A stretch of 53,696 nt of DNA from Candidatus Micrarchaeia archaeon (GCA_039794045.1 JBAMLY010000015.1:6404-60099), one strand, 5' to 3'; counted from the first letter of the stretch, positions 27,445-36,379 are shown. Numbers and translations are program-made. The notes: generated by a model from the letters alone, not told the origin.

Positions 27445-27813
27445 ATGCAATTGACTGGAAAAAAAGGCGAACACGATTTCTTTGAGTTGTACAACTTTGC
27501 TTCTCTTCAGAGAATGAAGTGGCACAATCCAAAGTGGCGCTTTTTCGTTATCTTGCTTGCCCTTGCCTTGTGTTGGCTGGCGTGGCAGCACTTGACGACG
27601 GAATACTCTTTTTACGCCGGCGAGCTCGCCGTCAACCTCAAGCCAGGCGTTTCGATGGGCGAACGCATTTTCAGTTGGTTCGTGGGCGGGCTCATGGCTG
27701 GCGCGTTGTTGTTCGCGTTGCTTGTTGAAGGAGAATTCTTTTTCTCGTTGCGCCGCGCCGCGCGGTTGTTCGAGAAGGAAGCCGAAATTATTTCGAGGCG
27801 GCGCAGGAAGTGA
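27445..27813 (+). CDS. Small membrane protein (two TM helices)
   Basis: Two hydrophobic helices, basic tail SRRRRK, tight operon spacing. Confidence 0.7.
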   Translation: MQLTGKKGEHDFFELYNFASLQRMKWHNPKWRFFVILLALALCWLAWQHLTTEYSFYAGELAVNLKPGVSMGERIFSWFVGGLMAGALLFALLVEGEFFFSLRRAARLFEKEAEIISRRRRK

Positions 27814-27859
27814 TTGGCTGGCAGCAGTCTTTAAATGCGGTGACCCCCATTATTTTTTC

Positions 27860-28129
27860 ATGGACGCAGTTGTTTTCGGCTTTCTGCCTTTAATGCAAGC
27901 TGATTTCTGGGAGAGCTTCGGCCTCGTCGTCCTAATACTTGTGTTCTTCGTGCTCTACAACATTTTAAGCAACAACTTCATTCGCCACCCTTTGCTCGCG
28001 CTGCTCGTAACCGCAATAATAGTTTTCACGCTCGTGATTCCCTTCGAGTGGTTTAAGTACCTTCTCTTCGTGGTGCTCGTGTTGTACGGCTTTTTCGTCA
28101 CGGCAAAGCCAGGAGAATGGTTTAAGTGA
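27860..28129 (+). CDS. Small integral membrane protein (paralog of 27162-27431)
   Basis: ATG 27860 is in frame with track ORF 27722-28129 and avoids overlap with the upstream gene. Contains YNILSNNFIRHPLLALLVTAIIVFTLVI. Confidence 0.75.
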   Translation: MDAVVFGFLPLMQADFWESFGLVVLILVFFVLYNILSNNFIRHPLLALLVTAIIVFTLVIPFEWFKYLLFVVLVLYGFFVTAKPGEWFK

Positions 28130-28422
28130 TTCTGCGCGGCGCAGTGGACTTTTCTTTCTTGTTCATCGTGATACTAATGGTTATAGCCGTGCAGAGCGGG
28201 TTGTGGTGGATTGCTGCGGCGTTGTTCGTCTTGCTCTTGTTTTCTGCGAAAAACAAGTGGTTGCTGGCCGCGGCAGGGCTGGGGGGCGCGCTCGTGGCAG
28301 GGCTTTACTTTACTGGTGGCAGCCTCTCGCCACTCGTTATAATAGGTGGCTTGTTCGCCATACTCGCGATTCTAGCCAAGGCAGGCGAAGGCGGCGCTCA
28401 AGGCTACGGTCCAAGCTATTGA
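28126..28422 (+). CDS. Small Gly-rich integral membrane protein
   Basis: GTGA overlap with the previous stop; about four short hydrophobic segments. Confidence 0.7.
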   Translation: MILRGAVDFSFLFIVILMVIAVQSGLWWIAAALFVLLLFSAKNKWLLAAAGLGGALVAGLYFTGGSLSPLVIIGGLFAILAILAKAGEGGAQGYGPSY

Positions 28423-28432
28423 AGGTGAAAAA

Positions 28433-28729
28433 ATGAGTCCGTTCATTGCCCTGGTTTTGTTAACTGCCGCGATTTTCTTCGTGGTAAGCGGCGAGGTTTT
28501 TTTCGCCTTTGTTTTCGTCTTGCTTTTCGCGGCAGGCTTGCTTTTCGAGTTTAGTTCTTCACGCAAGCCTTCTCCTGCTCCGCAACCGCCTGGAATGCTG
28601 GGTCAAACCGCTCCCAAGGCTTTCGGCGGCGAAGAAGAAATTGGGAAGCGCTTCGGTTACTTCTTCAACTTTTTTGGCGCGTTGTTTAACGCTTTCTGGA
28701 ACTCGTTTGGCAGAGAACAAAAAAAGTGA
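28433..28729 (+). CDS. Small membrane protein
   Basis: Two N-terminal hydrophobic segments, a Pro-rich linker and an aromatic amphipathic C-terminal helix. AGGTG SD upstream. Confidence 0.7.
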   Translation: MSPFIALVLLTAAIFFVVSGEVFFAFVFVLLFAAGLLFEFSSSRKPSPAPQPPGMLGQTAPKAFGGEEEIGKRFGYFFNFFGALFNAFWNSFGREQKK

Positions 28730-28772
28730 GTTCAAAGCGTTTCCTGCTGTTTTTCGTGCTCGAGCGTTTCGC

Positions 28773-29204
28773 TTACTTCGCCATTTTAGTGCGGAGCAAG
28801 AGTTCCCTGTTAGTTTCAAGGATTTTACGGTTTACTTCTTGGAGGGCTTTAAGCATTGCAGTTATTTCTTCCAGCTTGCGTTCTACTGCTTCGATGTCTC
28901 CTGTCGTGGTCGAGGTAATGCGTGACACGAGTTGCTCGCCAGCTGCTGCCGCGCTCTGAACTGGTTTTCCTTTGCCGACTTCAATGGTTTTTTCTTCTTC
29001 GCCGGAGAGGGTGGTGAACTCGAATTTAGGTGCTTCTTCTACTGGCTCGGGGGCTTCTTTTGGTGTTGTTACTTCTTGCAGGGCAGAAACCTGCGAGAGG
29101 ACTTCGTCCGGGTTTGCGACGCCGAGGGCTTCAAGGTTGCTTCGTATTTCTTGTTCACTCATTCCTTTCGCGCGCATTTGTTGCACGATCAGCTTCAAGT
29201 CCAT
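28773..29204 (-). CDS. Hypothetical protein with an N-terminal helical domain and C-terminal coiled coil
   Basis: ATG 29204 preceded by GGAG. MDLKLIVQQMRAKGMSEQEIRSNLEALG, then a heptad-rich C-terminus IEAVERKLEEITAMLKALQEVNRKIL. Confidence 0.7.
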   Translation of the reverse strand: MDLKLIVQQMRAKGMSEQEIRSNLEALGVANPDEVLSQVSALQEVTTPKEAPEPVEEAPKFEFTTLSGEEEKTIEVGKGKPVQSAAAAGEQLVSRITSTTTGDIEAVERKLEEITAMLKALQEVNRKILETNRELLLRTKMAK

Positions 29205-29219
29205 GAACTCATTAACTCC

Positions 29220-29236
29220 AAAAGTATTTATAAAAG
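29220..29236. promoter_or_regulatory. Bidirectional TATA element
   Basis: AAAAGTATTTATAAAAG reads as a TATA box on both strands, between divergent starts at 29204 and 29263. Confidence 0.55.
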
Positions 29237-29262
29237 CCTCCATTACTATTTTCGGTTTTTGC

Positions 29263-30897
29263 ATGGAGCTTGACTTGCCTTACGGGCCGTGGGTTCGCTT
29301 GGTTTACGGGCAGTGGGGAAAGTATCCCGTGGCATTGTTTCAAAACCCGGACAAGTTGTTGATGCTTGTTTTGTTCGAGAAGAAAGGCGACCAAGTTACC
29401 GGCATGGTGATGATGCTTAAACGCGTTTTCGTGGTGGACGGCGAGCTTGGAAAATTCATGCAAGCGCAAAAGCGCGAGGTCACGCTCGTGGAAAAGTTTT
29501 CCAAGGACTACTCTGGCAGGTACTTAGTGATTTCTTCCACTCCAGTGTACGCGCGCTACACTCAAGACGAGCTAATTGAAAACGTGAAAAAGCATTACTT
29601 GGAGTTAGAGGGGCTCGCAAAAATAACTCTGGAAATGGCGGCGGGCTACGGCTTTAAAATACGCGACCTCAGCAAGGCCAGCGAGGAAGAAGCGCAATTG
29701 TTTTTGGGGGACCCGCTATCGTTGTTTTCTTACTCGGTGGCCGGCGGCGCGCCAGGCGCTGCAGGAGAAGCGGCTTTAAAGATTCCGCGTTTTCAGCTCG
29801 GCGTAAACAAGGAAGGCGAGGAATACGAGTTGAAAATGGATTCCTTGTTCGCAGTTTGCGTGGTGGGCGGGGCGAGAAGCAATCGCTTGCACGTAGTCCA
29901 CGTATTATGCGAGGCAGCGCTCTACAACGGAGTTCCGGTAATGGTGTTCGACTCCAGCGGCGCTTTCAAGGGACTTGCTTTGCCGAACAATGACTCCTCC
30001 AAGTACGCGCAATTCAAGTTGGCTGGCAGTCCTGCCGGTTTTCCCTTCAAGGGCTTCGTTTTAGGAGAGAACTTGTTCATCGACTTAGGGAACACTGACT
30101 CGAACTTGTTCCTGAAAACTTTTGGGTTGGAGAAGACGGAGTTCGCTTCAATAATCAAGGCCGTTCACTCTCAAATCAAGGGCAGCGCGTCCTCTCTCGG
30201 CGACTTGGCTTCCGCGTTAAACAACTTGAAGGAGTCCAAAGACATGCTGTTATTCAACATAAAGCGCGCGTCTCGCTGCATTCAAGTAATCCAGAAGGTT
30301 TACCCGTCACTCTTCAACAAAGTCATTTCGCAGGACTTGACGCAGCCGTGGCACGACGCGACAGGACGCGCTTGCCACGTCGACTTGTCGCGTTACCCCA
30401 TCGAAGTTCAAAAACTAGCAATAAACACTTTACTACAAGGAATAGTCATTCCCCCGACTGCGTCCCTGCAGTTGCTGCTCGCATTCGAGCCAGACGCTAG
30501 CGCGTTAGCCGAAGAAATCGCTTTCGCGTTAGACAAGTTCAAGAAGCAAGGAGTGGGGATCGCCGTCAACGTCGAGCACGAGCTTGACTTCAAGCAATTA
30601 GGCGACATGGAGGCAGTCATTGAAGTAATCAACGACGAAGCCGTCGCGAAAGAAAAAGGCGAAAAGCAAGCCAGGTTTTCAGTGCGGCCAACTTACTCGC
30701 TTTGCACTGAGAACGCGCCGCCAGCGCCAAAAGAAAAACCAGTTGAAGTCGTGGAAGCACGCAAGGCGCCACTCGAAGTGCTTCACCTGCCGTTCGCGAA
30801 ACCTGAAGTTGAAGCCAAAACAAGCCAACAGCAGCCCGCACCAGAAAAGCCTGCCCCCCAAGAGGCCCTGCGCGGGCGGTGGCGAATGCGCTCCTAA
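29263..30897 (+). CDS. HerA/VirB4 (DUF87-like) ATPase-fold protein with degenerate Walker motifs
   Basis: The pattern FQLGVN...VCVVG...VLCEAALYNGVPVMVFDSSG and later KKQGVGIAV follow the HerA/FtsK scaffold. Walker A reads VVGGARSNRL and Walker B reads LLLAFEPD. Start placed at ATG 29263. Confidence 0.65.
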   Translation: MELDLPYGPWVRLVYGQWGKYPVALFQNPDKLLMLVLFEKKGDQVTGMVMMLKRVFVVDGELGKFMQAQKREVTLVEKFSKDYSGRYLVISSTPVYARYTQDELIENVKKHYLELEGLAKITLEMAAGYGFKIRDLSKASEEEAQLFLGDPLSLFSYSVAGGAPGAAGEAALKIPRFQLGVNKEGEEYELKMDSLFAVCVVGGARSNRLHVVHVLCEAALYNGVPVMVFDSSGAFKGLALPNNDSSKYAQFKLAGSPAGFPFKGFVLGENLFIDLGNTDSNLFLKTFGLEKTEFASIIKAVHSQIKGSASSLGDLASALNNLKESKDMLLFNIKRASRCIQVIQKVYPSLFNKVISQDLTQPWHDATGRACHVDLSRYPIEVQKLAINTLLQGIVIPPTASLQLLLAFEPDASALAEEIAFALDKFKKQGVGIAVNVEHELDFKQLGDMEAVIEVINDEAVAKEKGEKQARFSVRPTYSLCTENAPPAPKEKPVEVVEARKAPLEVLHLPFAKPEVEAKTSQQQPAPEKPAPQEALRGRWRMRS

Positions 30898-30967
30898 CCC
30901 ACCAACAATGTTCGGCGCTCGTCGAAATCCGATTCGTTTAAATTTGTTTTGTTCTTTAATTTGTTGC

Positions 30968-31507
30968 ATGCTTTTGCAGGTAGTGTTTCACGGGCGCGCA
31001 GGACAAGGCATAGTTACTGCCGCAGAACTTCTCGCAGTAGCGGCTGGAAGCGAGGGCAAGCACTCGCAAGCGTTTCCAGTTTTCGGCAGCGAAAAAAGGG
31101 GGCCGCCAGTACAAAGCTTTTGCCGCATAAGCGACGCGCCAATAACCGTTCACGAGCAAATCTACGAGCCTGACGTCACCGTCGTATGCGACAAGACAGT
31201 AATGCCGTCCGTGAACGTTTGCAGTGGAATGGACTCCAAGAAAGCAATAGCGATAGTCAACTCTTCCACTCCAGTCAAGCTTCCTTGCAAGACAGTGGTT
31301 TGCGTGGACGCAACCCAAATCGCGGTAAAAAACTTTGGCAAGCCGGTCGTGAACACGGTCATGCTCGGCGCTTTCGCGGCGGCAACCAACGCAGTGAAAG
31401 TCGAGTCACTCGAGAAAGCCGCGCGAGAACGCTTTCCAGGAAGCCTCGGCGAAGCCAACGCGAAAGCCATCAAGGAGTGTTTCGAGCAAGTGAAGGCGGT
31501 CAAATGA
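30968..31507 (+). CDS. porC: Pyruvate/2-oxoacid:ferredoxin oxidoreductase gamma subunit
   Basis: HGRAGQGIVTAAELLA, AFPVFGSEKRGPPV and VNTVMLGA. ATG 30968. Confidence 0.93.
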   Translation: MLLQVVFHGRAGQGIVTAAELLAVAAGSEGKHSQAFPVFGSEKRGPPVQSFCRISDAPITVHEQIYEPDVTVVCDKTVMPSVNVCSGMDSKKAIAIVNSSTPVKLPCKTVVCVDATQIAVKNFGKPVVNTVMLGAFAAATNAVKVESLEKAARERFPGSLGEANAKAIKECFEQVKAVK

Positions 31508-31752
31508 AGATTCCTTTGTCCAAACCAGGAACTACTGTGGCAGTCAAGACTGGAGAGTGGCGGTCGCAGCACCCCGTAATCGACTCTTCCAAGTGCATTC
31601 GCTGTGGAATCTGCCAGAACTTCTGCCCGGAAGGAATAATGGGCAAGCCAGGAACCTTTCCTTCCCCTGACTTGGACTACTGCAAGGGCTGCGGCTTGTG
31701 CGCCGCCGAGTGCCCAGTAAAATGCATTTCAATGGTTAAAGACGAAAAGTAA
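31504..31752 (+). CDS. porD: Pyruvate/2-oxoacid:ferredoxin oxidoreductase delta subunit (2x[4Fe-4S])
   Basis: KTGEWRS..PVID..KCIRCGICQNFCP and YCKGCGLCAAECP. ATGA overlap with porC. Confidence 0.93.
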   Translation: MKIPLSKPGTTVAVKTGEWRSQHPVIDSSKCIRCGICQNFCPEGIMGKPGTFPSPDLDYCKGCGLCAAECPVKCISMVKDEK

Positions 31753-31762
31753 AAAGCAGGCG

Positions 31763-32890
31763 GTGTTTTTGGTAACGCAAACAATTCAGGGAAGCATTGC
31801 AGTAGCGCGCGCGGCAATCAACTCGCGAGTGGAAGTGGCTGCCTGCTACCCCATAACTCCTTCCACTCACGTGGCAGAAGAACTCGCGCGAGCGCACGCA
31901 AACGGCGAAATTCCTTGCTTTATTTCAGTGGAAAGCGAGTTCTCGGCCTTGTCTGCTCTCGTTGGCGCGAGCGCTGCTGGAGCGCGTTCCTTTACGGCGA
32001 CTTCCTCGCAGGGACTCTTGCTCATGCACGAAGTGCTCTTCAACGCAAGCGGCATGCGCTTGCCCATCGTTGTAGCCAACGCAAACCGCGCCGTGAGCGC
32101 GCCACTCAACATTTGGAACGACGAACAAGACTCGATTTCCCAGCGCGACTCTGGGTGGATTCAATTCTACTGCGAGTCCAACCAAGAAGCCACTGACTCG
32201 ATTCCAATAGCGTTCAAGGCCGCGGAAAAAACAATGCTTCCAGCCATGGTAAACGTTGACGGCTTCAATTTAACGCACGCGGTAGAACAAATAAACGTGC
32301 CAGAAAAAGAAAGAATTTCCGAGTTCCTGCCAGACTACAACCCCCCAGTAAAGCTAGACACTCAAAACCCGTTGTCGCTCGGCGTCTACGCCACGCCGCC
32401 CCATTATCAGTCCTTCAGGCAAGACTTGGAAAAAGACTTGAACGCGGCAGCAGCCGAAGTCGCGTCAACACAAAAACAATTCAGTGAGTTGTTCGGCAGG
32501 AACTACGAGCTCGTCGAGTCCTATAAAGCCGAGGACGCTGAAGCAGTAATCGTGGGAATGGGCAGCGTGATGGCCAACGCTAAAATTGCTGCAGACGAAA
32601 TGAGGGCGAAAGGAGTAAAAGCAGGCGTGCTCCGCATTCGCTTGTACCGCCCCTTTCCCGCAAAGCAAGTCGCGGAAGCGCTGCACGGAAAAAAAGCTGG
32701 CGTGTTTGAGAAGTGCATTAGCCCCGGCGGAATGCCTCCTTTGTTCGCTGAAGTTGCTGCCGCGCTGGGCTCCAACGAAGTTCACTCCTTCACTGGCGGG
32801 CTGGGTGGCAGGGACGTGCGCGTGGCGCACTTCAAGAAAATGTTTGAAAAAATAGCTTCGCAAACACCTTCACGCCATTGGGTGGAATGA
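31763..32890 (+). CDS. porA: Pyruvate/2-oxoacid:ferredoxin oxidoreductase alpha subunit
   Basis: YPITPST, VESEFSA, TATSSQGLLLMHE, NRAVSAPLNIWND and RLYRPFP. Confidence 0.95.
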   Translation: MFLVTQTIQGSIAVARAAINSRVEVAACYPITPSTHVAEELARAHANGEIPCFISVESEFSALSALVGASAAGARSFTATSSQGLLLMHEVLFNASGMRLPIVVANANRAVSAPLNIWNDEQDSISQRDSGWIQFYCESNQEATDSIPIAFKAAEKTMLPAMVNVDGFNLTHAVEQINVPEKERISEFLPDYNPPVKLDTQNPLSLGVYATPPHYQSFRQDLEKDLNAAAAEVASTQKQFSELFGRNYELVESYKAEDAEAVIVGMGSVMANAKIAADEMRAKGVKAGVLRIRLYRPFPAKQVAEALHGKKAGVFEKCISPGGMPPLFAEVAAALGSNEVHSFTGGLGGRDVRVAHFKKMFEKIASQTPSRHWVE

Positions 32891-32900
32891 GTTGTTTACT

Positions 32901-33830
32901 ATGAGCGAGAACGCTGAAATGCATTTGTACGCGCCCGGCCACGCTGGCTGTCCAGGCTGCGGCCCAAGCATTGCCTTGATCAACTTGGTTGACGCGCTCG
33001 GAAAAGACACTATAATAGTCAACCCCACGGGCTGCATGGAAATAACTTCTTCGCAGTATCCATTGAGCGCGTGGAGAGTGCCCTACATTCACTCATTGTT
33101 CGAGAACGCCGCGGCAGTGGCTTCCGGGATTTCGAATGCGTTGAAAGCCAAGGGAAACAATCACTCACGCGTCGCAGTAATCGGTGGCGACGGAAGCGCT
33201 TACGACATAGGCTTTGGCGCGCTCAGCGGAATGCTGGACCGCCGCGAAGACGTGATATTCATTTGTTACGACAACGAGCAGTACGCGAACACTGGAGTGC
33301 AAAAAAGTTCTGCAACGCCTTTCAAGGCAGCCACAACCACCACGCCCGTGGGCAGCGTGGAACGCGGCAAGCTCACCCCCAAAAAAGAGCTCGCCGAAAT
33401 CGCTGCCGCGCACGGAATCGCTTACGCGGCTAACGCTTCAATCGCTTTCCTGCCTGACTTGCGCAAGAAAATAGAGAAGTGCAAGGCAGTCCGCGGCCCA
33501 AGCGTCCTCGTAGTAAACGCGCCCTGCGTGCTCGGCGCAGGCTTTGACGGGGCGCTCACCATCAAAGTAGCGCGGCTGGCAGTACAAACTCGTTCCTGGC
33601 ACTTAATGGAAATAGAGGACGGCAAAATGAAGTTGAACTTCAAGCCAAAAGAGTTCGTGCCCGTCTCAGAGTACTTGTCCCTACAAAAGCGCTTCAAGTA
33701 CTTAACCCCCCAAGAAGTCTCTGAAATACAAGAAATAATTGAAAGAAATTGGGCGCGCCGTCTTGCGTTAAGCGGTGAACAACCCTACCCCCTCGCTCCA
33801 GCCAACCAGCAAAGCAAAGCAAGCAATTAA
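32901..33830 (+). CDS. porB: Pyruvate/2-oxoacid:ferredoxin oxidoreductase beta subunit
   Basis: GCPGCG, TGCMEI, FENAAAVASG and the TPP motif GGDG...YDNEQYANTG. Confidence 0.95.
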   Translation: MSENAEMHLYAPGHAGCPGCGPSIALINLVDALGKDTIIVNPTGCMEITSSQYPLSAWRVPYIHSLFENAAAVASGISNALKAKGNNHSRVAVIGGDGSAYDIGFGALSGMLDRREDVIFICYDNEQYANTGVQKSSATPFKAATTTTPVGSVERGKLTPKKELAEIAAAHGIAYAANASIAFLPDLRKKIEKCKAVRGPSVLVVNAPCVLGAGFDGALTIKVARLAVQTRSWHLMEIEDGKMKLNFKPKEFVPVSEYLSLQKRFKYLTPQEVSEIQEIIERNWARRLALSGEQPYPLAPANQQSKASN

Positions 33831-33866
33831 ATTTTGGTTGCTTCCCAATTATTGCTAGTGCAAAAA

Positions 33867-35918
33867 ATGTTTTCCCGTGCAATGCTCGCAGTTTTTATTG
33901 CCGTCACGTTATTCGCGGCTTTGCCGGCAACCGCTTCAACCCAACCTTCCCCTCCATTTCTTGAAGACAACCAAAAGTGCGCTCTACCCACAGTAAAGTG
34001 CAGCGTTTGCTCTGCAAACCCAACCCCGCCAGCCGAGTGCGCTGCAGTGGGCGCGTCACTCCAAAGCGAGGACTGCAACACCACCTTCTTCCAACTCGTC
34101 ACTTCAAGCAATAAAGTACCCCTCAAAAATTGCTTTAACGACTCAAGCGAGTGCGCGGTCATCTGGGTTCCCCTCGTGCGCGCAGTGAAAACCACTTCCC
34201 CTGGAAAGAGGTACTGGTGCGACTTGCAACCACGAGTGTTCGGCGCCAGCTTTTCCGCTTACCCGCAAACAAGTTACGTTTGGGGCTCGTGGAACACCAC
34301 CACGAAAGCAAACTACTCTCTTTCAGTCTACAACCCAGACGTTGACCCAAAGCCTTTCTTTAAAGAAGACTCTTCGGACTCGCTCGCCTACCAGCAAAAA
34401 GGAGGCGTTAAAGTGCCCCAGCCAGACGTGTACAACGTTTCGCTGACTGCCTGCAACTCGTTGGGCTTCTGCGATTACTTCACTGAATTCGTTTCCTTCT
34501 TTCCGTTCACCCCCAAAATTCTTCCTCCCGTCGCTTACAACATTGACGGCAAGTCCTTCGCTTACGAAGAACAACCAATAAGCTTTCAAGTAAAGCTTTC
34601 CGGCACTTACTCTTACTACCACTACTTTTACGCCGTGGACGACTTGCCCGTCTCGGAAGGAGGGTTTTACGCCAACGACACGGTCTTCAACAACGGCTTG
34701 AAGCTCTTGCCGCCAGGACAACACTCTGTCACGCTCATTTCAAGGCACTACCCTTACTCGGCCAATACCACCGTTCACTTCACGATAAACCCAACGCAGA
34801 ACCCCGCCTACGTGAACCCCCCACAAATAATCGCGCCTGCAAGCGAGCAGTCCTTCGACTACCTCTCCCAGCAACCAATTCAAGTCACAGTAAAACCAAG
34901 CGGCTCGTTTGACTTGTACGACTTAGAAATTCAAGTAGACGACAAAACTGTTTCCACTTTCTCCTGCAAGAAAAACGATGAGTGCACTACAGCGCTTCCA
35001 ATCCAAGACGCTGGAAAGCACTCCCTGAAAGCAATCGCTTACGCTCAAGCCTTCAAGAACTCTTCCACCACCAACTTCACCGTAACACCAGTCCAACCAG
35101 TGCTCGCCATAAACATTTACCCGTCCACTCAAGTCCAGGCCGGCACGCAGACGACCGCCAAGTGCTTGTCAAACCCAAGCAGCACCCCCAAAATACTGTA
35201 CCGCGACAACACCCCAGCAAGCAACCCAGACACGCAAACGCTTCCCCGCGGAACCCACTACTACTCGTGCGTCGTGGAAGCAAACCAGAACTATGCTCCA
35301 GCCAGCGCCTCGCAAGAACTACTAGTTTACTCGGAATTAAATCCAGTGACGCTCACCCTCAACGGCGTGGACTCAGACTTGACGATAAACTACAAGAACT
35401 CGGTTAGCGTGCAAGCCACTGCAAAATACGGCTCGCCCAAGCTATTCATAAACGGCACAGAAGTAAGCAACCCCTTTACTGCAGTGCTTGCCGCAGGCTA
35501 CTACAACTTCACTGCCTTCGTGGAAGGAAACGACTCAGTAGAGCCAGGCACTGCCACGCACTTCCTCACCGTCAAAAAAATTCCTGCCGTCCTAAGAATC
35601 TTCTTGTCCCCCTCCGACTCAGTCACTCAAGGAACCGAGACCACAGCATCCTGCAACTCTTACGGCGTTCCAGGCGCGGTGTTCACGCGCAACAGCACGC
35701 AAGTACAAAACCCCGACACCGCCGTCCTACCAGCCGGCTCTTACTACTACGAGTGCTTCCTCCCAGAAAGCCAGAACTACACTGCCTCGACGGCCACGCC
35801 GAAAACCCTTTCAGTCATTGCCCCCGTTCCCTTCTGGACTCCAGTAAAACAAGCAACGAGCGCCTTAAGCGACGCCACAACGAAAATAATAGAGTGGGTT
35901 TCAAGCCTGCTTAGCTGA
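33867..35918 (+). CDS. Secreted Ig-like repeat surface protein
   Basis: Signal peptide from ATG 33867 and a Cys-rich N-terminal part. Three related repeats xxxNP..xLxxGxY.YxxxxxxxQNY, many N-x-S/T sequons, and an amphipathic C-terminal helix. Confidence 0.75.
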   Translation: MFSRAMLAVFIAVTLFAALPATASTQPSPPFLEDNQKCALPTVKCSVCSANPTPPAECAAVGASLQSEDCNTTFFQLVTSSNKVPLKNCFNDSSECAVIWVPLVRAVKTTSPGKRYWCDLQPRVFGASFSAYPQTSYVWGSWNTTTKANYSLSVYNPDVDPKPFFKEDSSDSLAYQQKGGVKVPQPDVYNVSLTACNSLGFCDYFTEFVSFFPFTPKILPPVAYNIDGKSFAYEEQPISFQVKLSGTYSYYHYFYAVDDLPVSEGGFYANDTVFNNGLKLLPPGQHSVTLISRHYPYSANTTVHFTINPTQNPAYVNPPQIIAPASEQSFDYLSQQPIQVTVKPSGSFDLYDLEIQVDDKTVSTFSCKKNDECTTALPIQDAGKHSLKAIAYAQAFKNSSTTNFTVTPVQPVLAINIYPSTQVQAGTQTTAKCLSNPSSTPKILYRDNTPASNPDTQTLPRGTHYYSCVVEANQNYAPASASQELLVYSELNPVTLTLNGVDSDLTINYKNSVSVQATAKYGSPKLFINGTEVSNPFTAVLAAGYYNFTAFVEGNDSVEPGTATHFLTVKKIPAVLRIFLSPSDSVTQGTETTASCNSYGVPGAVFTRNSTQVQNPDTAVLPAGSYYYECFLPESQNYTASTATPKTLSVIAPVPFWTPVKQATSALSDATTKIIEWVSSLLS

Positions 35919-36320
35919 ACCGCTTTTAAGGGAAGCAATTTTTTCTTCAACTACTTCTTTTACTTGGTCCAGCGTAGCGTACTCCAAAGGATTAATAGTG
36001 TCAACGACGTACCTTACCTCCATTAGTTCCTCGCGGGTAGCGCACGCCGCCACCTTGTCTTCGAGTGCCTTCAACTCTTCCTTCAAAGAAGCTACTTCAC
36101 CCGCCGCAGCCGCTCCAGCCGCCGAAGGTGCCCCCCCACTCAAGCCCCCAACCTTTTCTTCCAGCTTGCGAAGCTTGTCATTCAAAGCCACGAGCGTGCG
36201 GCCAATTACTTCCTGGTTTCGCTCCATCGTGCCAATCTTTTGAGCTATCAAGCCAATCTTGGAGTCAATAGTTCTAACGTCTGCCTGCAGTTGCGGCAAA
36301 CTCTTCACCGGCTCTACCAT
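35901..36320 (-). CDS. Conserved-looking coiled-coil hypothetical protein
   Basis: Two heptad-rich helices joined by a Gly/Ala linker, with C-terminal EELMEVRYVVDTINPLEYATLDQV. Divergent from polB. Confidence 0.7.
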   Translation of the reverse strand: MVEPVKSLPQLQADVRTIDSKIGLIAQKIGTMERNQEVIGRTLVALNDKLRKLEEKVGGLSGGAPSAAGAAAAGEVASLKEELKALEDKVAACATREELMEVRYVVDTINPLEYATLDQVKEVVEEKIASLKSGSAKQA

Positions 36321-36379
36321 GCAAATCCTCTTCGAATCACGGTTCCAGATTTAATAACCCTTTCCCCAAAATACTCTTC

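Noticed and set aside
28972-29265. Long N-terminal extension of the HerA-like ORF and overlapping CATG starts at 29262-29265
   Set aside because: The extension is the antisense shadow of the coiled-coil gene. Starts at 29263 (+) and 29204 (-) leave a clean intergenic region with a TATA box.
30743-30967. N-terminal extension of porC
   Set aside because: It overlaps the upstream gene, and PorC homology begins at ATG 30968.
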